Assembly: GCA_963755215.1 (NCBI GenBank)
Contig: CAVWIW010000014.1
Coordinates: 14,347 to 78,346, forward strand
Source of the DNA: an uncultured Thermoleophilaceae bacterium
Lineage (GTDB): Bacteria; Actinomycetota; Thermoleophilia; Solirubrobacterales; Thermoleophilaceae
Direction: 5' to 3'
Length of the DNA stretch: 64,000 nucleotides
The notes under the pieces are model-generated. The model was not told where the DNA came from and did not search any database. It saw nothing but the letters and a program-made list of their open reading frames with translations. Made by a program: the position numbers and the translations under genes. Shown one piece after another: positions 56,560 through 64,000 of this stretch (the first letter of the stretch is position 1; every line of letters begins with the position of its first letter).

Positions 56560-56860
56560 GCCAGCGAGTCGTTGGTCTAACTGCGAAGTCACACGACTTT
56601 CGACACCGACAGCCGCCAATCCTGCCTACCCATCGAGCGCGGCCTGAAGTCCACCGATAATGAGGACGATCCACCCCCAGGTCCGCAGGTCGTCGAAGAT
56701 GCGCTGCGTCTCGCCCACAAAAGGAAGCCCGAACGATCGATGGCGGCAATGAAGCTGATCAATGACCAACCAGCCGTCGTCTGGGCGGACTGGCTGGAGG
56801 CCGTGGTCGAGGCGACCGGCTGGGAGGACTTGGGGGAGCTGCGCGACGAGCACGTCCGCC
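56560..56860 (-). pseudogene. decayed paralogue of the DUF7144-like gene
   Basis: The fragment FDDLRTWGWIVLIIGGLQAALDG parallels LTAWGWLWLIVGLLQLFTG of the neighbouring gene. It is followed by an in-frame TAG where a Trp would be expected, and the upstream part is in another frame. Confidence 0.3.
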
Positions 56861-56951
56861 TCGTCGGGGAGCGCTGCGGCGGGAGTCTCGAAGGGCTTCC
56901 ACGCCGGTGAGCGCCGGCGCCCCTCGCGAGCACGACCGACGGCGGAAGCCG

Positions 56952-58037
56952 ATGATCGTGTCGCTCCGTCGCATCGCGGTCCTGGCCGTCACGGGCGTCT
57001 CGCTCTACCTCGTCGCCCCCGCCCTGCTTGACACCTTCTCGTCCTGGCAGCGGCTGCGCGACATCTGGCCCGGCGCGGTCGCGCTCATCGTCGCGCTCGA
57101 GTTCGCCAGTCTCGCCTGCATCTGCCTGCTTCAGCGGCTGGCGCTGCAGCGGCCGCGCTGGCTGCCGGTGGTGACGTCGCAGCTCGCCGGCAACGCCGCG
57201 GCCAAGGTCGTCCCCGGAGGCGGCGCGGTTGGGAGCGCGCTTCAGTACGCGATGCTGCGCAAGGCAGGTCTACCCGGCGCTGCCACCGCCTCCGGCCTGA
57301 CCGCGGTGAACCTCCTGACCTTTGGCACCTTGCTCGCCCTGCCGCTCCTCGCCGTGCCAGCCATCCTCCTCGGCGCGCCGATTCCCGAGGACCTGCTTCA
57401 GGGACTCTGGGTCGGACTCGGCGCGCTCGCGATCCTCTTCGCCGTGGGCGCTGTGCTGCTCGTAGCCGATAGGCCGCTACGGCGGGTCGGCGCCGCGATC
57501 CAGGCCGTTCGCAACTCGATCCTGCGCAAGCGCGCTCCAGTCGACGGGCTTTCGGAGCGCCTCGTCCGCGAGCGCGACCGGATCCTCGGCGTCCTCGGGC
57601 ATAGCCGCTGGGAGGCGCTAGCCGGATCGATCGGCCGCTGGCTGCTCGACTACGGCGCACTCCTCGTGGCGGTCCGAGCGGTCGGGTCGGATTCGCGGGC
57701 GCTGCTCGTGCTACTCGCCTTCGTGACCGCGCAGGTGCTCGCGCAGATTCCAGTCACGCCGGGCGGCCTGGGGTTCGTCGAAGCGGGTCTGACGGCGACG
57801 CTCGTGCTCGCGGGCGTCGGTGCAGCGGACGCCGCCCTCGCGACCCTCGCCTACCGGCTGGCCTCGTACTGGCTGCCACTGCCCGCGGGAGCGGCCGCTT
57901 GGGGCATCCACGCCTGGCGTTACCGGGAGCGTCCGGCTGCCCCTAACGGCGCGTACTCAGCCGCTGCCGCCGACCCCTCAGAACAGCCCGAGCAAGATGC
58001 CCGTCACGAGCGACGTCGGCGCCATCGCGAGAGCTAG
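56952..58037 (+). CDS. lysylphosphatidylglycerol-synthase-TM-region-like (UPF0104/flippase-like) membrane protein
   Basis: ATG at 56952. Eight or so TM segments. LAGNAAAKVVPGGGAVGSALQYAML and VTPGGLGFVEAGL motifs. Confidence 0.75.
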   Translation: MIVSLRRIAVLAVTGVSLYLVAPALLDTFSSWQRLRDIWPGAVALIVALEFASLACICLLQRLALQRPRWLPVVTSQLAGNAAAKVVPGGGAVGSALQYAMLRKAGLPGAATASGLTAVNLLTFGTLLALPLLAVPAILLGAPIPEDLLQGLWVGLGALAILFAVGAVLLVADRPLRRVGAAIQAVRNSILRKRAPVDGLSERLVRERDRILGVLGHSRWEALAGSIGRWLLDYGALLVAVRAVGSDSRALLVLLAFVTAQVLAQIPVTPGGLGFVEAGLTATLVLAGVGAADAALATLAYRLASYWLPLPAGAAAWGIHAWRYRERPAAPNGAYSAAAADPSEQPEQDARHERRRRHRES

Positions 58038-58093
58038 GAGCATTGTGGCCGCCTGCGGTCGGTAGGCCAGGTAGACCGCATTGACGACCGGGA

Positions 58094-59197
58094 TCAGGGA
58101 CTGGCGCCCGCGAGCCCCGGTTCAGAGCGCTTGGTCGGCGCCGGTTTCGCCTGTTCGAGCGCGTTGTAGACAGACCAGCCGACGGCGACCATGGGGACGG
58201 CGAGGAACGCCCCGACGATCCCGAGCAACTGGCTGCCGACGATGACCGAGGTGAGCGTCACTATCGGGTGGAGGCTGACCGTTTTCTGGTAGACGAGCGG
58301 TGTGACGAACATGCTGTCGAGCTGCTGGGCGATGAGGATGACGGCGGCCATCGCAAGGGCGGCCCCGGTGCCGTGGGCGGCAAGCGTCACGAGGACGATG
58401 ACCGTTCCTGAAACCCACGCTCCCAGGATTGGGATGAAGAGCGACACGAAGCTCAGCAGGGCGAGCGTGCCGAGGTTCGGAGTGCCGATCACGAGCATGC
58501 CGAGTGTGATCACGCTGGTGTCGATCAACGCGACGAGCGCAATACCGCGGATGTAACCACTCGCCGCGCTCCAGGCGGCGACGCCAACAGCGGCCACGCG
58601 GTCGCGACGGCCCGCGCTAAAACGCTCCTGGATCCAACCCCAGATCGCGTCGCCGCCGGTGAGGATATACAGCAGGAAGACGAACATCAGCAGAGCGCCG
58701 CTGACGAGCTGCGCGACGAACGAGAGGCCCCCGAGCACGCCGGTCAACACGCCGGCGGCGGCTGTCTTGGCTGCCGGCAGCACGCCCGAGAGGAAGTTCC
58801 GGATCGCGTCCTCGTGCTGATCCACCCAATCGTTGTTTGCCTGCAGCCAGGTGACGACCTCGTCGGCACCTTCGCTGATGTCCTCGCCGACGCCCCCCAG
58901 ATTGCCGAACAACGCGTCGGCGAACAGCCACGCCAGCCCCGCGGTCACCAGCACGACGCCGAGCAGGCTCGCCGCGATCGCCAGCCCACGCGAGACCCCG
59001 CGGGACGTCGCCCAGCCGATCAGCGGCAGCAGCTGAGTGCTGACCAGCGCCGCCACGATCAGCGGCACCGTGGCCGCCCGCGCGTACCAGATCGCCCCGC
59101 CGACGAGGAGCGCCCCGGCGGTGATCAACAGCGCCTTGGCGCTCCAGCTAGCCAACGCGCTGCCCGCAGCAGCACGCTCCGAGACCTCAGCGGACAT
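58094..59197 (-). CDS. AI-2E family transporter (PerM/UPF0118)
   Basis: 367-aa polytopic ORF. FIPILGAWVSG and LAVPMVAV patterns are typical of this family. Confidence 0.85.
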   Translation of the reverse strand: MSAEVSERAAAGSALASWSAKALLITAGALLVGGAIWYARAATVPLIVAALVSTQLLPLIGWATSRGVSRGLAIAASLLGVVLVTAGLAWLFADALFGNLGGVGEDISEGADEVVTWLQANNDWVDQHEDAIRNFLSGVLPAAKTAAAGVLTGVLGGLSFVAQLVSGALLMFVFLLYILTGGDAIWGWIQERFSAGRRDRVAAVGVAAWSAASGYIRGIALVALIDTSVITLGMLVIGTPNLGTLALLSFVSLFIPILGAWVSGTVIVLVTLAAHGTGAALAMAAVILIAQQLDSMFVTPLVYQKTVSLHPIVTLTSVIVGSQLLGIVGAFLAVPMVAVGWSVYNALEQAKPAPTKRSEPGLAGASP

Positions 59198-59508
59198 GGC
59201 GCCCTACTTCGACGGTCCCCGTCGGCATCCTCCACCCCGGCGAGGAGTGCACAACGCGGACGATCAGCTGAGACCAGCGCCAGTATTGGCCTAGCCCGTA
59301 CGACCAATGGGCGGTGAGGGTCACGATCCCCCGACCTCTCGCTTGTAAGGCGCCGCGACTTTCCGCTCCAGAGCGGTTTCAGGCGCCTCGACGATCCACC
59401 ATTTGCAGGCGATTCACAGGGGTTCTGGCAGGGCTGCCGATTCAGCCGCCCCGGTCTTCGCCGATCGCGGACACCGCGACCCTGCCGTGATGGACCTGCT
59501 CGCGGAGC

Positions 59509-59874
59509 TCAGCCCCCCTGCGACTTGACGTGATCGATGACCGCCCTGAACTCCTTGGTCGGAGAGAAGTCCACGTACTCGGAGTCCTCGAGCGCCATTG
59601 GCGCGTGACCCGGCGCCCAGTAGAAGGCCTGCCCGGCCTCGTAGACCTCCTCGCCCTCCTTGGTTCGCATCTTCACCCGCCCCTTCAGCAGATATCCCCA
59701 GTGCGGACACTGGCAGAGGTCGTCCGGCTGTCCGACCAGCGCGGGGCCCAAGTCCGCACCGGCCGGCAGGCGAACAAATGCCGTGGTCATGTCGCCGCCG
59801 ATCTCCTTCATCCGGAGCTCGACGCCGTCGCCCTCAATCTCGACCGGGGCCTCTTCCCGCGTGATCGCCTTCAT
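59509..59874 (-). CDS. cupin domain protein
   Basis: 121-aa ORF with beta-barrel pattern CPHWGYLLKGRVKMRTKEGEEVYEAGQAFYWAPGH. Confidence 0.75.
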   Translation of the reverse strand: MKAITREEAPVEIEGDGVELRMKEIGGDMTTAFVRLPAGADLGPALVGQPDDLCQCPHWGYLLKGRVKMRTKEGEEVYEAGQAFYWAPGHAPMALEDSEYVDFSPTKEFRAVIDHVKSQGG

Positions 59875-59912
59875 TGATCCTCCCCTTCGCCGTTCGATGC
59901 TGCGTCGAGCGA

Positions 59913-60851
59913 CTATCTCACGCCGGCCAGGAGTGGGCTCGGATCCGGCGCATCCACGTGCCGCGACGCGAACCGACGTCGTCGCCGTCGATGGCGCACG
60001 CGAGCCGCCCGTAATTCTGGGGCGCGCTGCGCTACGCGTTTAGGAGGGTTTCGGCAGGGCCATTTGGGGAGCCCTGCGAGGCGCTCTCTGTGAGCACGCC
60101 AGCACTTGTTGCACTCGGTCGGCGGTGGATCTCGCCTGGCGAAGAACTCGTCGCCGCACGCGCAGGTGGCAACCAAACCCGTCAGGGCCCTACGACCGCT
60201 GGGACGCCAGTCGGGTTTCACCGAGGACGGCCGGATGGGGGCGCATCGGAATGCCCGCACCTGTCCTGTCGTCCAAGCGTGGAAGGACGCCTGGATCAGC
60301 TCATCCGAGTGCCAGTCCTGCGGGAGTCTGCCTCCCTTGAGGCCGAAGTAGAACCACGGCCACGCGCCGAGCTGGGCCAACAGCCTTCGGCCCTCTGTGA
60401 GGCGCGTGGAGGCCTTGCTCTGCTGGATGCTGAAGGCCTCGGCCACGTCGGTTGTGCGGCAGTGACCGAGGTCGACCCAGGCTGCGGCACAAAGGCGGTC
60501 GAGCTGGGTCCTCGCGTGCTTGCTGGCGTCCACGGCCGCCCAGACGGCTACGGCTCCGGGTCCCCACGCCGTGGTCGAAGGACTGAATCCGTGTTCGAGT
60601 GCCACGAGTACCTCGGGACGGAGCAGCCCGGCGGGGTCGTCGAGGTCCGGCCGAACCATCGTCCAGCGCGGCTCTGCGGGCCAGGGGACCCAGGCCGCAG
60701 CGAAGTCCAGCCGAGGCACCGCAATGTCGGGCGCGAGCCAGAACGTGGGCTCACCCCGTCCGGCCGCGGCGAGGATTTCACTGCTTACCGATTCAGGCTC
60801 GAAACAGGGATAGACCCCGGACCCTGAACCTTTTCTACTAGTTGGTGCCAT
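59913..60851 (-). CDS. hypothetical protein with HTH-like segment and C-terminal zinc ribbon
   Basis: ATG at 60851 within ORF 59913..60923. TTDVAEAFSIQQSKASTRLTEGRRLL resembles a sigma-region-4/LuxR-type HTH. CACGDEFF...ECNKCWRAH is a CxC...CxxC ribbon. Confidence 0.5.
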   Translation of the reverse strand: MAPTSRKGSGSGVYPCFEPESVSSEILAAAGRGEPTFWLAPDIAVPRLDFAAAWVPWPAEPRWTMVRPDLDDPAGLLRPEVLVALEHGFSPSTTAWGPGAVAVWAAVDASKHARTQLDRLCAAAWVDLGHCRTTDVAEAFSIQQSKASTRLTEGRRLLAQLGAWPWFYFGLKGGRLPQDWHSDELIQASFHAWTTGQVRAFRCAPIRPSSVKPDWRPSGRRALTGLVATCACGDEFFARRDPPPTECNKCWRAHRERLAGLPKWPCRNPPKRVAQRAPELRAARVRHRRRRRRFASRHVDAPDPSPLLAGVR

Positions 60852-61125
60852 GGCAACCACCTCCGATTGTGCACCTGGGCGAGGACGGGATCTGCGACTC
60901 GCGCGCGAGAAGGCCGGCCTCACTCGCGCTCAGCTTGCTCAGCTCTGCGGCGCGTCGATCACGCAGCTCGCCAACATTGAGCATGGGGCGGTCCCGCGCG
61001 AAAGCCGTGTACTGGCAGCGGCGATCGCTGCCCTGTACGAGATCACCTCCAACGACACGCGGCCCGCCGGGGGCAGGCCGCCGGTCGAAACGTCGGCCGG
61101 ACGGGGCCGAGATGACACAGCGTAG
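60850..61125 (+). CDS. XRE family helix-turn-helix regulator
   Basis: LRLAREKAGLTRAQLAQLCGASITQLANIEHG. Confidence 0.7.
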   Translation: MATTSDCAPGRGRDLRLAREKAGLTRAQLAQLCGASITQLANIEHGAVPRESRVLAAAIAALYEITSNDTRPAGGRPPVETSAGRGRDDTA

Positions 61126-61272
61126 CCAGGTCGCGCGACTGGCCGTGCCGGGCGCACGCGGTCCCCGCGGAATCGCCGTGGTGGCCCGCCGAGGTTGGCG
61201 ACGTTGGTTCCGGTATCGGCTGATCGAGCTCGAAGCCGCTAGGCACCGTAGTCCCTGGGGAGGCTCGGCGAC

Positions 61273-62178
61273 ATGACCGAGCTCGGCGGCTACCTCCACG
61301 CCCTCTTCGGCGGAGAAGGGGACGACTCCTACGTCGAGACGCGGTGGAAGCTCCGAAACGGAGGAATGGGTCGCGAGTTCGTCACCGTGCGAGATCGCCG
61401 CCTGCCCGAGCTTGTCGCCGCCCGGGCAGCCATGAGTGATGTTTTCATTGGTGTCGCGCCTCGCAGTCGACAGGACGGGATCCGTGCCGCTGTAGACCAT
61501 TCCAATGTCCTCTGGGCCGACTGCGACGGCGAAGCGGCGGTGCGCGCCCTGACGCGCTTCAAGCCCGTCCCGTCGATGGTGGTGGGAAGCGGCACGACCT
61601 GCAACTGCCACGCCTACTGGCCCACCTGGCCGCCAGTGAGTCCCGATGAACTCGAGCGCGCGAACCGTCGGATCGCCTATGCGATCGGAGCCGACATGCG
61701 CTCTACAGACGCGCCCCGAATCCTGCGCCCCGCCGGCACGTTCAGCTACAAGGGCGGCGCGCCGGTGCCGGTGACGTTGAAACGGCTGGTGATGGACACC
61801 TACACCACCGCCGAGGTCACCGGCACCCTCGCCGATCCGCCTTCCCACCGTCCCCCCGCCCGGCCGGAATGCGCTGGCGGTTTGGCGCGTGGGGACGATC
61901 CCCTCGCGACCATCGCGCCCGCGATCTACTTCGAGGCGCTGACCGGGCTGGTGCCCGACCGAGCCGGAAAGGTGTCGTGTCCTCTCCATGAGGACCGAAC
62001 CCCTTCCTGCCACGTCTACCCCGACCCCGGGCGAGGTTGGTACTGCTACGGCTGCGGCGCCGGCGGCCGCATCTACGACCTAGCTGCGCACTTGAGCGGA
62101 TACCCACTGCCGCTGCGCGGCGACGACTTCCTTCGCGTCCGCGACACCCTGACCAACCACCTGGCGGTTACGGCGTGA
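61273..62178 (+). CDS. archaeo-eukaryotic-primase-like (RepB/Prim-Pol-type) replication protein with C-terminal CHC2 zinc finger
   Basis: Motifs VFIGVAPRS, VLWADCDG and PSMVVGSGTTCNCHAYW resemble AEP catalytic motifs. The C-terminal CPLHEDRTPSCHVYPDPGRGWYCYGCGAGGRIYDL is a DnaG-type CHC2 finger. Confidence 0.7.
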   Translation: MTELGGYLHALFGGEGDDSYVETRWKLRNGGMGREFVTVRDRRLPELVAARAAMSDVFIGVAPRSRQDGIRAAVDHSNVLWADCDGEAAVRALTRFKPVPSMVVGSGTTCNCHAYWPTWPPVSPDELERANRRIAYAIGADMRSTDAPRILRPAGTFSYKGGAPVPVTLKRLVMDTYTTAEVTGTLADPPSHRPPARPECAGGLARGDDPLATIAPAIYFEALTGLVPDRAGKVSCPLHEDRTPSCHVYPDPGRGWYCYGCGAGGRIYDLAAHLSGYPLPLRGDDFLRVRDTLTNHLAVTA

Positions 62179-62977
62179 GTGCCGAGGAGCGCGCGATCGT
62201 GACCGATCTCCGCACGGCCAAGTCCAAGCCGAAGGGGCGCCGGTCGCGATCCCTGCTGCCATCGCCGCCACCCGATCCGGGAGCTGACCGCGAGCAGGTA
62301 GCGGCGTGGCTGACCGTCGCCCTCGGGCTGGGTGGCGACCCCGTCCAGCGCGCCGAACGATACGGCCGCCACGAGGACGCCCGTATGGTCGTCGTGCTGC
62401 GCTCCAATCAACGAGTGGTGTTCGAGCGCCAGGCGGACGCGTTCGATGCCCGCCGACTCGTCCGTGTCGTCGTCACCGCCACGGGCGCGATCGTCCCGCC
62501 CTACGCCTACGCCGACGGACTCCAGGTCGCGAGCGCAATGGTCCGACTCGCCGAGACGCTCGCCGACGATGACGGCCGGACCGAGGCCGCCGAGTGGTGT
62601 GTCAGCTTCCTGGACGGCGCGCGGAGAAACACGATCACCGTCGACTGGATCGACACGCCGGCAGGACGGTTCGCCGCCCTCACCGCGCTGGTGAACTGGA
62701 CCCCGCCTAGCCGACCTGCCGCCCTACACGCCGGCTGCCGAGCGTGCCGCGCTGGTCCTGGACCCGGAGACCGGCACCCGGCTCCTCCGCGTCAGCGCGT
62801 TCGCCGCGCATGTGCGCGGGGCTCGCGGGTCGACCTCTGTCCTGGCCGGCGCTGCATGGCCGGGTGGTCGAGGTCGGATGGGAGCACCGCGGCGAGGTCG
62901 AGCAGCGGCAGCCGAAGGGGCAGCGGCGCGTCAAGGCCCACCTCTACGCAGTGCCGAAGGGCTGGGCGGGCGAATGA
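62175..62977 (+). pseudogene. element-encoded hypothetical protein coupled to the primase gene, split over three frames
   Basis: GTGA overlap with the primase stop. Coherent sequence continues ...LTALVNW | LADLPPYTPAAERAALVLDPETGTRLLRVSAFAAHVRG | LAGRPLSWPALHGRVVEVGWEHRGEV...YAVPKGWAGE. The breaks are near 62697 and 62822. Confidence 0.45.
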
Positions 62978-62980
62978 GGT

Positions 62981-63092
62981 TGTCACCCTCGTGTCACCCC
63001 TTGTCCCCTTGTCCCCTCGTGTCACGTAGCCTCGCGCGTGCGCATGCGCGCCGCGTACGCGCACATGCGTATGGCAAGGTGACACGAGGGGA
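62981..63092. repeat. iteron-like direct and inverted repeats (candidate origin or operator region)
   Basis: TGTCAC occurs at 62981, 62992 and 63020, and CCTTGTCCC occurs twice. There is a perfect 13-bp inverted repeat CCCCTCGTGTCAC (63013..63025) / GTGACACGAGGGG (63079..63091). The spacer holds the 10-bp palindromes GCGCATGCGC (63040..63049) and CGCGTACGCG (63052..63061). Confidence 0.5.
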
Positions 63093-63142
63093 CACCCCGC
63101 CACAGTGGTCACTCCCGCTGCTCGGCTGGGGGGTGTGGGGGG

Positions 63143-63529
63143 ATGACCACCAGCGAGATCGACGCCCTAGCGGAGCGCATCGCCGAGGTGGTCGTCCAAC
63201 GGCTGCGCGCAGAGGAGCCAGACCAGCGAACGCAATCAGTCGATGCGACGGGGCTCGCCCGCCTCCTCGGTGTCTCGCGGGCTTACGTGTACGAGCACGC
63301 GAACGAACTCGGCGGCTTCAGACTCGGGGGCGGCACTCGGGCGCGGCTCCGGTTTAACCCCGAGCGGGCTCGGGCTGCCCTTTCGGCAGACCTCCAGGTG
63401 TCGGCCCAGCGAGCTGCCAGCGAGGTCGAGGCCTCCCGGCCTGCGGCCCGACGGCTACGAACTACGAAGACCGGCGCGGTACTCACGTCGCGCCCTATCG
63501 ACAAGACAAGAGACAAGAGGAGCAAATGA
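63143..63529 (+). CDS. excisionase/MerR-like helix-turn-helix protein
   Basis: VDATGLARLLGVSRAYVYEHANELGGFRLGGGTRARLRFNPE, followed by a basic tail. Confidence 0.55.
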   Translation: MTTSEIDALAERIAEVVVQRLRAEEPDQRTQSVDATGLARLLGVSRAYVYEHANELGGFRLGGGTRARLRFNPERARAALSADLQVSAQRAASEVEASRPAARRLRTTKTGAVLTSRPIDKTRDKRSK

Positions 63530-63729
63530 CTGACAACAACGATGCGGCGCTCATCGCCGCCTTGCGAGAGAGCGGCCATCACGACGCCGCCGACCATGTC
63601 CGCGACACCGCCCTGGCCGCCGACCTGCGAGCCGCTGGCCATCCGCAGCTGGCCGAGGCGCTAGCCGCGAAGGGCGGGTCCGCGCAGCCCGCCACCGCAC
63701 CCGACCCGGCACCACACGGAGAGTCATGA
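63526..63729 (+). CDS. hypothetical small protein
   Basis: 67-aa ORF with ATGA overlaps on both sides. No family recognised. Confidence 0.4.
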   Translation: MTDNNDAALIAALRESGHHDAADHVRDTALAADLRAAGHPQLAEALAAKGGSAQPATAPDPAPHGES

Positions 63730-63992
63730 AGGAATATTTGCCCGACGTCATGACCATCGAGCGCGAGTTGGCGGGAGAGCTCGCGGACCTGCTGCACGAG
63801 CTCTACACCCTCAAAGCCGTTCACTTCGCCGAGAACCCGGAAGCGAAAAGGATCTGGGAGGACCAATGGTCCGAACTGATCTTCGACTTCAGAGAGTTCG
63901 GCGCCGGGCTGACGCCCACATACACCCGGGACCACGAAAAGCCCCTCCTCGACAGGTTCCGAACCGAACTCGACGCGTTTGGAACGGAATGA
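63726..63992 (+). CDS. hypothetical small protein
   Basis: 88-aa ORF with balanced composition, translationally coupled to the previous ORF. No family recognised. Confidence 0.45.
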   Translation: MKEYLPDVMTIERELAGELADLLHELYTLKAVHFAENPEAKRIWEDQWSELIFDFREFGAGLTPTYTRDHEKPLLDRFRTELDAFGTE

Positions 63993-64000
63993 CGTGCGGT

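Larger units (their letters stand above)
59913..64000. mobile_element. edge of an integrated element (plasmid/phage-like replication and regulation module); right end lies outside the window
   Basis: A contiguous set: XRE regulator, AEP-primase/CHC2 zinc-finger gene, coupled helper gene, iteron-like repeats, excisionase-like HTH and small ORFs. No integrase or att site is seen within the window, and the left boundary is only approximate. Confidence 0.5.

Noticed and set aside
59198-59508. 310-bp gap between the AI-2E transporter and the cupin gene, inspected for an ncRNA, small ORF or att site
   Set aside because: I found only short hairpins (GACGG-TCC-CCGTC at about 59210..59222, CCGCTC-CA-GAGCGG at about 59363..59376). 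There is no convincing conserved-looking structure, ORF or repeat matching the tRNA block, so nothing is supportable without comparative data.
62981-63092. Possible CRISPR array
   Set aside because: The repeats are only 6-13 nt, few in number, irregularly spaced and partly inverted. No cas genes are present. An iteron or operator field fits better.

Overview
This is a very GC-rich bacterial chromosomal window (roughly 70 percent by eye). The gene content looks like a high-GC Gram-positive (actinobacterial) lineage; that is an inference from gene families only. I support about 70 protein genes, one canonical tRNA-Asp(GTC) plus a degenerate copy beside it, no rRNA and no CRISPR array. The left and middle are mostly housekeeping: metF; a Kgd/OdhA-type 2-oxoglutarate dehydrogenase E2-E1 fusion preceded by a separate two-lipoyl-domain ORF; a GH31 enzyme; two sulfatase-type genes; csoR with a palindromic operator; and an FAD-oxidoreductase/DUF1365/CFA-synthase cluster. 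There is also a large phosphate/polyphosphate supercluster: an orphan OmpR-type regulator, a stand-alone winged-helix paralogue, pstSCAB-phoU, DUF47, ppx, two CHAD genes, sixA and ppk1, with PHO-box-like 11-nt direct repeats at two promoters. From about 47.8 kb onward the content looks accessory. It ends in the edge of an integrated element (XRE regulator, AEP-type primase fused to a CHC2 zinc finger, iteron-like repeats, excisionase-like HTH). The most unusual locus is 2.2-7.25 kb. A compact sigma factor fused to a ribbon-helix-helix domain and a C-terminal membrane helix sits head-to-head with an operon of three exported proteins. Two of these share a private SPGD motif: one is a 4x Q/N/S/A-rich curlin-like repeat protein, the other carries Cys-flanked WDWDWDW blocks. 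I could not match this locus to any described system. Caveat: at least 17 reading-frame breaks interrupt 13 otherwise recognisable genes, some at short homopolymer runs. This points to indel sequencing errors and/or real gene decay. All family names come from reading the translations; no searches were run.
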